A model generated the notes under the pieces. That model did no database searches, was not told the origin of the DNA, and saw only the letters and a list, made by a program, of their open reading frames with translations. 64,000 nucleotides of DNA, taken from the NCBI GenBank assembly GCA_964437545.1, contig CAYTHH010000001.1, positions 14,381 through 78,380 on the forward strand, written 5' to 3'. This document shows, in pieces, positions 55,432-63,689 of this stretch. Within the stretch, counting starts at the first letter, position 1. Each line of letters starts with the position of its first letter. The translations under genes and the position numbers were made by a program. Origin of the DNA: an uncultured Candidatus Saccharibacteria bacterium (GTDB taxonomy: Bacteria > Patescibacteriota > Minisyncoccia > Minisyncoccales > GWA2-46-15).

Positions 55432-55716
55432 TTAAATTTTTTTTAGATATACTATTTTATAAAAATCTTTATAAGTTAGGCCTTGAAAAATTAACCCGAT
55501 AAGAATGCCATAAATTAAATCATTGTAAAATTTTAAAATAACAAAAGAAATAAAGATTACAGACGAGAGAAACCAATGATGCAGGTGAATAGTGTATTTT
55601 TTAACATTAAATTTTAATGATTTTATTTTTCCCGGTCTATCATTCCTTTTTCCTGAAAGGAAAACTCCAATGCAAAAACTAATCACTACTCCGAATATAA
55701 CGATATAAATATTCAT
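55432..55716 (-). CDS. Small membrane protein with HLHHW motif
   Basis: 94 aa, 3 TM segments, very AT-rich, downstream of tRNA-Val. Confidence 0.65.
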   Translation of the reverse strand: MNIYIVIFGVVISFCIGVFLSGKRNDRPGKIKSLKFNVKKYTIHLHHWFLSSVIFISFVILKFYNDLIYGILIGLIFQGLTYKDFYKIVYLKKI

Positions 55717-55737
55717 AAATAACTTTTTATTTAGTAT

Positions 55738-55760
55738 GTGGGCGGTATAGGGTTCGAATC
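55738..55760 (-). pseudogene. 3' fragment of a tRNA-Val-like gene
   Basis: Minus strand GATTCGAACCCTATACCGCCCAC. Confidence 0.55.
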
Positions 55761-55790
55761 AGGGGTTAGCGTTGAATTTGAGATAAAATG

Positions 55791-55862
55791 TGGGTATTGC
55801 TGGATTCGAACCAGCGACCTTCCCGATGTGAACGGGATGCTCTACCACTGAGCTAAACACCC
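55791..55862 (-). tRNA. tRNA-Val(CAC)
   Basis: GGGTGTT...AATACCC-A, TCCCG-TTCACAT-CGGGA, GGTTCGAATCC. Confidence 0.95.
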
Positions 55863-55960
55863 AATTCTGTTAAAAGCATTATTCTTTTAACCCGCCCTTA
55901 TTATTAGTTTTTACCTTTTCAGAATACAAATGTCTAGCTTTTATCAAAAGCTAAAATCAT

Positions 55961-56040
55961 TTATAGCAATCGAAGATTCGATATATCGGGTATTTTACCC
56001 GTTATAGCTGCTGGTATACCAGACCTCCAGTCTGTTATAA
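55961..56040. repeat. GATATATC-hairpin-GTTATAG dispersed repeat, multi-unit copy
   Basis: Related copies at 2120-2160, 25591-25639, 28954-28982, 42025-42053, 47464-47501. Confidence 0.75.
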
Positions 56041-56119
56041 TTAATTTAAGAATTAAATTAATTTCCTATTGGATATAATTAACAAAGTTAATTACTCTTT
56101 CCAGAGAGTTAATTAACCA

Positions 56120-58090
56120 ATGAAAATATTTGAGTTTCATTTTAACCCTAACCACCAAGAAGATCATATTTTTGACAGCTTTTGCTATGAGCCAAGCAGT
56201 TATAAGGAAAAGAAGCTTGGCAGTCTTTATGTTATCGGTGAGCTTAAAAACGCCATTCCCCAGAATTCAAAATTGATTAGCAACGTCGCTTTGTTATTAA
56301 AAAGAGAGTATTATTCAGCCTCTTCTCCAGAGCAAGGAATTAAAAAGGCTCTTAAAAAGGCTAATGACTTCTTTTCTGATCGGACCAAGACCGGCAATGT
56401 CAGTTGGTTGGGCAATCTATCTCTAACCGTTATAAGCTTGCACGACTTTGATTTGAATTTCAGTAAAGATGGCAAGATAAAAATGTTACTCTTAAGGCCG
56501 GGTCAGGTGACTGATATTGGCAGGAATTTTGAGATCGAAGAGTTTGAGCCTTACCCGTTAAAGATCTTTACTAATATTGTTAATGGCAGATTTTTAGAAA
56601 ATGACAAGGTTCTTGTTTTAACTGATCGGGTTTTTGAGATTTTTTCTAAGAACGACCTTTTAGAAAAGCTTTCCTTGATTCAAGATCAAAAGAGTTTGAA
56701 AGAGTTTTTCCGATCCAGAGAAAAAGATTTTGTTGAAATTTCCGGAATTTGTTTTCTTCTCTTTTTAAGCAAAGAAAATCTGCCTAAAAGCGCTTTGACC
56801 TTTAAAAAAGTAGTTCCCCCCATTTCTTTAAAAGAGATTATTGCTCCCCTAGTTAAAGTTTTCTCAATTAGGTTCAAAAGGAAGCCTCGGCCAAAATTAA
56901 ATCTCAAAATGCCAAAGATTTCTTTACCCAAGAAAGCCAAACAGAAGATGGCTTTAGATTTCTCCAGTTTTGGTAAGCAGATTTCAAAACTGAAAATTCT
57001 CTTTAATTTTAAAGACAAAAAAGTAAGAAAGAATTCGTTGTTAATCTTTTTTCTGCTTTTACTGATGATGATTGGATTTCTTTTTTCAAAAAGAGAGACA
57101 GAAACCAGATTGGCTGTTTCTCGCAACCAGTTAATTTCTGTCCAGGAAAAAATAGTCAGGGCTCAGGGCTATTTATCTTTAAACCAAAGCACCCGAGCCA
57201 ATTCTCTTTTTAGAGAAGTCCTTAAAGATGTTTTGCCTTTAATTAAAAATAATAGCCCTGTTCAGAAGGAGGCTGATATTCTGAAGGACTTGATTGAAAG
57301 AAATTTGACTCAATTAAATAAGGTTGAAGAAATTGCTGAGCCAAATCTGATTTTTAATTTTGCCGACAAAGGTTTTGCTCCACAAAGAGTGGCTCTTTAC
57401 AATGACTCTTTGTATTTTTTTACTCCGTTTCAGAAAGGAATTGTCAAACTGTCCGGTCAAGATTTAGAAAAAATTGATATTGATAAAAGTTTTAGTCTGG
57501 TCGCTCTTCTTGGTAACGATTTAGCTCTTTTTACCAAGCCCGATCAAATCTCTATTTTCGACGGCGTTCAAATTAAAGAAACCGTTACTTTAGAGCTTTT
57601 AAGCCCAAATGGTTTTGTTTCAATGGCCTCTTTTAACGATAATCTTTATTTTCTAGAAAAAGACAGTGGCCGAGTGGTAAAATATGCTCAACCTTTCTTA
57701 AAAAATGCCGATAGACCTAGTTATTGGATCAAGGCAAGAGAAAACAAAGCCCTAGAAGCTGAATCAATCAAGGTAACTGGCTTGGTCTATATCTTGGCTA
57801 AAGATAATACTATCTGGCGCTATCAAGACGGATCTTTTGACAAATCAATCGAATTATCATTTTTCCCTTTTGTTAATAACTTAATGAAATTAGTTTATTC
57901 CCCATCATTCCCTGGTTTTGCGATCTTGGAGCCTGTTGAGAAAAGAATCGTCTTAATTGATAACCAAGGACTTTTAATCAAACAGTTCCGAAGTGATAAA
58001 TTTATTAATCTCAAAGACGCAGTTTTCTCTTCAGATGGAAAATTCCTTTATGTTCTTAGTGGTTCTGAGGTTTACGAAATTAGTATTTAA
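56120..58090 (+). CDS. Hypothetical bitopic protein: PP2C-like N-terminal domain, TM, beta-propeller-like C-terminus
   Basis: GSLYVIGE...DKVLVLTD resembles a degenerate PPM fold; TM near aa 305-322; repeated beta-rich blades (NLYFLE, VYIL, RIVLID). Confidence 0.6.
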   Translation: MKIFEFHFNPNHQEDHIFDSFCYEPSSYKEKKLGSLYVIGELKNAIPQNSKLISNVALLLKREYYSASSPEQGIKKALKKANDFFSDRTKTGNVSWLGNLSLTVISLHDFDLNFSKDGKIKMLLLRPGQVTDIGRNFEIEEFEPYPLKIFTNIVNGRFLENDKVLVLTDRVFEIFSKNDLLEKLSLIQDQKSLKEFFRSREKDFVEISGICFLLFLSKENLPKSALTFKKVVPPISLKEIIAPLVKVFSIRFKRKPRPKLNLKMPKISLPKKAKQKMALDFSSFGKQISKLKILFNFKDKKVRKNSLLIFFLLLLMMIGFLFSKRETETRLAVSRNQLISVQEKIVRAQGYLSLNQSTRANSLFREVLKDVLPLIKNNSPVQKEADILKDLIERNLTQLNKVEEIAEPNLIFNFADKGFAPQRVALYNDSLYFFTPFQKGIVKLSGQDLEKIDIDKSFSLVALLGNDLALFTKPDQISIFDGVQIKETVTLELLSPNGFVSMASFNDNLYFLEKDSGRVVKYAQPFLKNADRPSYWIKARENKALEAESIKVTGLVYILAKDNTIWRYQDGSFDKSIELSFFPFVNNLMKLVYSPSFPGFAILEPVEKRIVLIDNQGLLIKQFRSDKFINLKDAVFSSDGKFLYVLSGSEVYEISI

Positions 58091-58093
58091 CTA

Positions 58094-58123
58094 AAAAACG
58101 CTCTTTTTAAAAAAGAGCGTTTT
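58094..58123. terminator. Bidirectional terminator
   Basis: aaaaacgctctttt...aaaagagcgtttt between convergent genes. Confidence 0.75.
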
Positions 58124-58166
58124 CTCAGCAGATTTAATTTCGAGTAAAACGAGAAATTTAAGCCTA

Positions 58167-58598
58167 TTACTTTAACTCAATTTTAGCACCTGCCAATTCG
58201 AATTTCTTCTGGATTTCCTGAGCTTCTTCTTTCTTAACATTTTCCTTGATCATTTGCGGGGCCGAAACAGCAGCGTCAACCAAATCTTTGGCCTCTTTTA
58301 AGCCTTTTTGAGTCACATCTCTAACTGTTTTAATGACTTCAATTTTTTTGTCGCCGATTGTTTTTAACTCAATATTAAAGATACTCTTCTCTTCGGCTGG
58401 CTCAGCGCCAACTGTTGCTTCAGCCGTTGAAGCAGCCATAACTTGAGCTTGAGCCGAGACACCGAACTTTTTCTCTAACAATTTGACTAATTCAGCCAGA
58501 TCCAGTACCGACATGCCCTCTATTGCCTTGACCAAGTCTTTAAATTTTGCCGGTATGCTAACTTTCTCGGTTTCAGGAGTGTTTTTTTCTTCTGCCAT
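58167..58598 (-). CDS. rplL: 50S ribosomal protein L7/L12
   Basis: LEKKFGVSA, KIEVIK.VR, GLKEAKDLVD, GAKIELK. Confidence 0.96.
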   Translation of the reverse strand: MAEEKNTPETEKVSIPAKFKDLVKAIEGMSVLDLAELVKLLEKKFGVSAQAQVMAASTAEATVGAEPAEEKSIFNIELKTIGDKKIEVIKTVRDVTQKGLKEAKDLVDAAVSAPQMIKENVKKEEAQEIQKKFELAGAKIELK

Positions 58599-58645
58599 GT
58601 TATTTAAATTATTTGATTAATTTATATTTATAAATCGACGGAACA

Positions 58646-59167
58646 TCATTTTTTAATGTTTACTAAGACATAAACCAGACCTTTAATATTTCCCCGCAGA
58701 ACATTAGCAAAACCTGAAATCGGGCTTTTAAAAGTGGAAAACAGCTGGCTCAGCAATTCTTGTTTTGAAGGCAATTGAGCCACTGCCATGACTTCTTCTC
58801 TATTAAGAAGATTATCATCCAGGATTCCAGCGATAAACCTTAGGTTTTCGTTTGTTTTGGCAAAATCATAAAAAGATTTCAAGGGCTTGATCGGATCTTC
58901 AAAACCGAACAAAACAGCTATTTCTCCAGACATAGTTTTGGCATTAATCTTGTCGCCGATCTCTTTCTTGCTTTTTATAGCCAGATCAATCAAGGTTTTT
59001 TTGGCAACCTTAAGATTACCCATGGCTTGCTTAGCTTTTTTTCTTAAGCTGACAATTTCTTTGACTTTTAAGCCTTGAATATCAACAAAGACAATCGATT
59101 TTGCCTTAGCTAGGCTCTCGCTTAGTTCTTGAACTGTTTTTGTTTTTTGTTCTTTTGTTTTTGGCAT
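58646..59167 (-). CDS. rplJ: 50S ribosomal protein L10
   Basis: KVAKKTL, AQLPSKQELL; upstream of rplL. Confidence 0.95.
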   Translation of the reverse strand: MPKTKEQKTKTVQELSESLAKAKSIVFVDIQGLKVKEIVSLRKKAKQAMGNLKVAKKTLIDLAIKSKKEIGDKINAKTMSGEIAVLFGFEDPIKPLKSFYDFAKTNENLRFIAGILDDNLLNREEVMAVAQLPSKQELLSQLFSTFKSPISGFANVLRGNIKGLVYVLVNIKK

Positions 59168-59184
59168 GTTTTTGGATTAAAAAA

Positions 59185-59315
59185 CTGCGGTTTTGCCGCA
59201 GAGAGGCTCCCAATCATTTAAAATTTTGGGTTTTGCCTCGGCAGGTTTTATTTGTCCGCTATAGTTTTAACGAAGGCGGATACTACTTTATGCCAATACC
59301 TGCTGTCTGCAGCTT
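59185..59315 (-). promoter_or_regulatory. L10 leader (ribosomal protein autoregulatory RNA)
   Basis: Minus strand AGACAGCAGG...TAAAA-CCTGCCGAGG core followed by a hairpin, upstream of rplJ. Confidence 0.8.
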
Positions 59316-59340
59316 TAATGATTATATCCTATCAAGGCCT

Positions 59341-59868
59341 TTAGAGCTTGTCAATGATTTCAGCAGCAAAAAGTTTGGCAGTAATCGGACTTGAGGCAGT
59401 AATAATTTTATTGTCAGTCACGACAGGTTTGGCAAAATACTCTGCCCCTTCTTTTTTTAAAACATTAACAAAGCTTTTATCAAGATTTGAAGACCAGACC
59501 GTAGCTTTTCTGTTTTTAAGGACGCCGGCTTTAGCTAAGATGGCTGGGGCAATGCAGATAGCTGCAAGAAGTTTTTTATTTAGGACTGCTTCCAGGGCAA
59601 GACGATGGGCGCTCGGGTCTTCAAGATATTGGGATGATCCTGAACCGCCGATGAAAATAATGGCGTCAAAATTCTTGACTTTCAGGTCTTGCATTAACAG
59701 CTCTACCTCGGCTTCATTTCCATAAGCTCCAACAGCTTTTCCCAGTCTATTGCTAACAGTGGTTGTTTTGAACCCAGCTTTTTCAAAGGCTTGTTTTGGA
59801 ACCAGATATTCTTCATCGTTAAAATCTCGGAAAGCAATCACTAGGGCGATTTTCTTTTCAGACGGCAT
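59341..59868 (-). CDS. DJ-1/PfpI family protein
   Basis: FNDEEY..P, FIGGSG, AAICIAP. Confidence 0.92.
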   Translation of the reverse strand: MPSEKKIALVIAFRDFNDEEYLVPKQAFEKAGFKTTTVSNRLGKAVGAYGNEAEVELLMQDLKVKNFDAIIFIGGSGSSQYLEDPSAHRLALEAVLNKKLLAAICIAPAILAKAGVLKNRKATVWSSNLDKSFVNVLKKEGAEYFAKPVVTDNKIITASSPITAKLFAAEIIDKL

Positions 59869-59872
59869 CTTA

Positions 59873-60856
59873 TTACTTTAGATATTTAATAACAGCACGG
59901 TTATGTTCTTCAAGAGTTTTACTGAAAATGGTTTCATTGTTCGGAGCTGACAAATAGTACAGGTATGGGCTTGTTTCAGGATAAATAGCAGCTAAAATGC
60001 TATCTAGGCCTGGATTTGAGATAGGTCCAGGAGGCAACCCCTTGTGCTTGTAAGTATTGTAGGGAAAATCTATTTTTGTGTCTGCTCCTGATATTTTTTT
60101 GTCCAAACCGTAAACCAGAGAGGCGTCGATATTAAGCAACATGTCGAGCTCTATCCTTTTCCACAGAATACCAGCAACAATCTTTTTGTCTGCGGTGCTT
60201 AACACCTCTTTTTCCAATAAAGAAGCCATATTAATAATTTCAAAAATGGTCTTGTTTTGTCTATTGATTTCTGATCTTAAGTCAGGATTTAATTTTTGAT
60301 CAAGGTTGCCAAGCATTTTTCTGATCAGAACTTCTGAACCGTCGGTTATCTTTAAATAATAGGTGTCGGGAAAAAGATAGCCTTCAAGATTAAGACCATC
60401 GGGTTTATCCTTTAAAAAAGAAAAATCAATTGAATAATCTTTAGATAAAGCATCAAAAAATTCATTATCTTTAATCAGATTCTCGGCTTTCAGATAATCA
60501 TTAATATCTTTAATGGTCCAGCCTTCGGGAATGATCAAAGTTTTTTTGGCAACATCACCATTCATGATTTTAGCGGCAATTACTAACGGGGACATAGTCT
60601 GAGATAAGTAATAATTTCCGGTCTGAAGCCGGTTAAGCCCTCCTTTTAGAGTTACGGCTATTTCAAAGAATAAATGATTTTTAATTAATTCTTGCTGTTC
60701 AAGATTTTTAGCAATGACAAAAACATCTTCTCCGTTTGAAACCGAAAAAAGTTTTTCATTTCCCGGAACTTGGCAATAAGAGCTGCAAATACTGACAAAG
60801 ATAATAACAGAGATAACCAGAATAATTGTCAGCCCGCCGATTAAAATTTTTTTCAT
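59873..60856 (-). CDS. mltG: Endolytic transglycosylase MltG
   Basis: IPEG, LEGYLFPDTY, ASLLEKE, PYNTY...GLPPGPISNPG. Confidence 0.95.
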   Translation of the reverse strand: MKKILIGGLTIILVISVIIFVSICSSYCQVPGNEKLFSVSNGEDVFVIAKNLEQQELIKNHLFFEIAVTLKGGLNRLQTGNYYLSQTMSPLVIAAKIMNGDVAKKTLIIPEGWTIKDINDYLKAENLIKDNEFFDALSKDYSIDFSFLKDKPDGLNLEGYLFPDTYYLKITDGSEVLIRKMLGNLDQKLNPDLRSEINRQNKTIFEIINMASLLEKEVLSTADKKIVAGILWKRIELDMLLNIDASLVYGLDKKISGADTKIDFPYNTYKHKGLPPGPISNPGLDSILAAIYPETSPYLYYLSAPNNETIFSKTLEEHNRAVIKYLK

Positions 60857-60865
60857 ATTTTGTTT

Positions 60866-61498
60866 CTATATAAAAGGCACGAAGATAAATCCTGGATATT
60901 CTTTTTCTTCAAATTCTCCATTGACTAATTTTTTAAAAGTCCAAATAGAGTTTTTTATGGGAGTGACAATAACGCCGTTGGTTGCAAGTTGCTCTTTCCA
61001 TGCCAAAGGCAGATCTTTTTCCTGCAAGCTGGCTGAGGCCATGATCCGATCAAAAGGAGCTTCTTTGGGGTAGCCTTTTGATCCGTCAGTACAAACAAAC
61101 TTTATATTACCTTGGTATTTGATGGCATTGTTTTTTCCGAATTCCTTGAGCTCAGGAATAATTTCTATAGCAATAACTTTGCCTTGCTTGCCGACAATAT
61201 CAGCCAAAAGCGCGCTAGTCCAGCCAGATCCGGAACCGATATCTAAGATTTTGTGTCCTGGCTGAGGGCAAAGTAACTCTAGCATAAAAGCAACTACCAG
61301 GGGTTGGGAGATTGTCTGGCCAAGGCCGATTGGTAAAGCTTCGTCCAGTTCGGCCAGATTTTTAATATCCTCAGGCAAACTCGCCTTCGCTAAGGCTTCG
61401 GCGGGTAAGAAATCAACCCTCTTTATCTTTTTAAAAGCCTCAATAATTTGCGGTGTCTTTAACCAATTTTCAGCAATAAGAAAATCAATTAGATTCAT
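60866..61498 (-). CDS. pcm: Protein-L-isoaspartate O-methyltransferase
   Basis: GQTISQP, LDIGSGSGW, DGSKG...APFDRI, FVPF. Confidence 0.93.
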   Translation of the reverse strand: MNLIDFLIAENWLKTPQIIEAFKKIKRVDFLPAEALAKASLPEDIKNLAELDEALPIGLGQTISQPLVVAFMLELLCPQPGHKILDIGSGSGWTSALLADIVGKQGKVIAIEIIPELKEFGKNNAIKYQGNIKFVCTDGSKGYPKEAPFDRIMASASLQEKDLPLAWKEQLATNGVIVTPIKNSIWTFKKLVNGEFEEKEYPGFIFVPFI

Positions 61499-61974
61499 GA
61501 TTTATTCAGATCTTGTTTTACCTTTATTTTTTGAAAGAACCCCAATCTTTCAATGAACAAAATACCATTAAGATGATCGATTTCGTGTTGAAAAACCCGA
61601 GCTGAAAAATCCTTAGCTTTTAATGAAATTTCCTTGCCATTTTCGTTTAAGGCCTTAACCTTAATTTCTTTAGATCTTTTTATATCAAGCCAAAGTCCCG
61701 GGAAGCTCAGGCAACCTTCTTTGTCCTTAGTTTTTTTAAGGCTTTTTGATGTGATTTGAGGATTAATAAAAGCAGTTTGACCGTGTTGGGTATTAATAAT
61801 AATAACTTTTTTGGAAACGTTAACCTGGGGAGCAGCCAGGCCTGCGCCTTGCTCTGCCGTCAAGGTCTCTTTCATATTAAAAATCAACTCTTTAATTTCA
61901 GAAGTTATTTCCTTTACTTTTTCAGTTCTTTTCTTAAGAACTGGATCTGGATATTTTTTGATTTCAAGAATCAT
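61495..61974 (-). CDS. def: Peptide deformylase
   Basis: GAGLAAPQV, EGCLS, QHEIDHL; start set to MILEIKKYPDP (61974). Confidence 0.95.
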   Translation of the reverse strand: MILEIKKYPDPVLKKRTEKVKEITSEIKELIFNMKETLTAEQGAGLAAPQVNVSKKVIIINTQHGQTAFINPQITSKSLKKTKDKEGCLSFPGLWLDIKRSKEIKVKALNENGKEISLKAKDFSARVFQHEIDHLNGILFIERLGFFQKIKVKQDLNKS

Positions 61975-62015
61975 ATTTGTGCGGGGATGCCTGGATTCGC
62001 CCCCCACCAATTTAG

Positions 62016-62086
62016 CGGGGACACTCCGACTTGAACGGAGATCAGCGGTTTTGGAGACCGCCATTCTGCCATTGAACTATGTCCCC
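62016..62086 (-). tRNA. tRNA-Trp(CCA)
   Basis: GGGGACA...TGTCCCC-G, GCGGT-CTCCAAA-ACCGC, GTTCAAGT. Confidence 0.95.
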
Positions 62087-62092
62087 ATATTT

Positions 62093-62137
62093 TGGCGGGG
62101 GGTTAGAGACGCCATTTTACCATTGAACCACCTCCCC
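62093..62137 (-). pseudogene. Degenerate tRNA-Trp copy (5' half)
   Basis: Minus strand GGGGAGGTGGTTCAATGGTAAAATGGCGTCTC parallels the 5' half of the intact tRNA-Trp. Confidence 0.7.
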
Positions 62138-62170
62138 TCTTTAATAATTATAATACACTAAAAAAGTTTT

Positions 62171-63136
62171 TCAATGTTTTTCTTCTATTAGCTGATTCAG
62201 AACTTTTTTTACTAAACCAAGGCTTTCTTCATCAATAACCGAGATAGCCATTACTTGCTTATTGGCTTTTTTCAATTGTTTTAACTTTTCGTTTACCTCT
62301 TTGGGCTTCAGCAAATCAGCTTTGGCTAAAAGAACATATTCAGGCTTTGATAATAGCTTGGGATTGTAGGCAGCCAGCTCATCCCTAATTACTTGATAGT
62401 CTTTGGCTAAATCTAAAGACTCAGCTGAAACCAAATGAAAAAGGGTTTTGGTCCTTTCGATATGGCGCAAGAACTTAATTCCCAACCCCTTGCCGCCTGA
62501 AGCTCCTTCAATCAAACCAGGAATATCAGCCAGGATTAATTCATAATAGGTTCCTAGATTTGGATCAAGAGTGGTAAAAGGATAATTAGCCACTTTGCTT
62601 TTAGCATTAGTTAATTCGTTGAGCAAGCTTGATTTGCCGGCATTAGGTAGGCCAATCAGACCAACGTCAGCGATTAGCTTTAATTCAAGCCTTAATTCAA
62701 ATTCCTGGCCCATTGTGCCTTCCTGGAATTGTTTCGGAGTAGTATTAGTTGAAGATCTGAATTTAAAGTTGCCCTTGCCACCCCGTCCCCCTTTAGCTAT
62801 TAAAAGGCGCTGGCCAAGACTGATAATTTCTTGTCCTTCATTGGTAGTTAGATTGTATATAACGGTTCCGACTGGCACTCTGAGGGTTAAGTCATCAGCA
62901 TCTTGGCCGTCGTTAAATTGGGCTTTGCCGTTTTTACCATCTTCAGCTGTGACTACTTTTTTATAACGGAATTGATTAAGACTGCTTAAATTAGAAATTC
63001 CTTCAAGGTAAATACTGCCACCCTTGCCGCCATCTGCTCCGGTTGGTCCCAAAGACATTTGATTCTTATTAAAAGCCACGGCGCCATCCCCACCTTTACC
63101 AGCTTTAACTGTAATTTTAATGTTGTCAATTAGCAT
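62171..63136 (-). CDS. obgE: GTPase ObgE/CgtA
   Basis: Gly-rich Obg fold, GLPNAGKS, YPFTT, DIPGLIEGA. Confidence 0.97.
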   Translation of the reverse strand: MLIDNIKITVKAGKGGDGAVAFNKNQMSLGPTGADGGKGGSIYLEGISNLSSLNQFRYKKVVTAEDGKNGKAQFNDGQDADDLTLRVPVGTVIYNLTTNEGQEIISLGQRLLIAKGGRGGKGNFKFRSSTNTTPKQFQEGTMGQEFELRLELKLIADVGLIGLPNAGKSSLLNELTNAKSKVANYPFTTLDPNLGTYYELILADIPGLIEGASGGKGLGIKFLRHIERTKTLFHLVSAESLDLAKDYQVIRDELAAYNPKLLSKPEYVLLAKADLLKPKEVNEKLKQLKKANKQVMAISVIDEESLGLVKKVLNQLIEEKH

Positions 63137-63282
63137 TGATTTACTCTAGCAGAGAATTGCCTTTCTGGCGATAAACTAAAAAGCAGTTCGAGGTCAGACC
63201 TCGGGACACTTTTCTATTGTTTTGACGATAAAATAAAGGCAGGCTCCAAAAGGAGTCTGCTGGGAATAACCAAAAACTTGGT

Positions 63283-63444
63283 TTAACGTTTTACTTCTTT
63301 GTGAAGGGTATGGGCTTTACACCACTTGCAATACTTTTTCATTTCCAGCTTTTTTTCAGCTGCGCCTTTTGACTTTTTGGTAAAATAGTTTACCCGTTTG
63401 CACTCTGAACACTGAATTTTGAGGTGAGGTTTTTTAACTGCCAT
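63283..63444 (-). CDS. rpmG: 50S ribosomal protein L33 (Zn-binding type)
   Basis: Manual translation MAVKKPHLKIQCSECKRVNYFTKK...LEMKKYCKWCKAHTLHKEVKR*. Confidence 0.93.
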   Translation of the reverse strand: MAVKKPHLKIQCSECKRVNYFTKKSKGAAEKKLEMKKYCKWCKAHTLHKEVKR

Positions 63445-63488
63445 AAAATTTCCTACGAATTACGAATAATTACGAATATACGAATTTG

Positions 63489-63561
63489 AGCCCGAGCGCA
63501 GATTTGCACTGCGGACCTCATTCTTACCAAGAATGTGCTCTGCTACCTGAGCTACTCGGGC
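63489..63561 (-). tRNA. tRNA-Thr(GGU)
   Basis: GCCCGAG...CTCGGGC-T, CATTC-TTGGTAA-GAATG; atypical T loop TGCAAAT. Confidence 0.9.
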
Positions 63562-63689
63562 GATGTTTTATTCTAAGTCATGGCAGTGATAAAATCAAGC
63601 CCTTGACATGGTTTTAATTATTAATTAAACTGTTTAAATCAGACCTTATTAGTCTGATTAGTTATAAATCCATTAATAAAAATATAGTC

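Noticed and set aside
61975-62064. N-terminal extension of Def given in the ORF track
   Set aside because: It overlaps tRNA-Trp; the family-typical start is at 61974.
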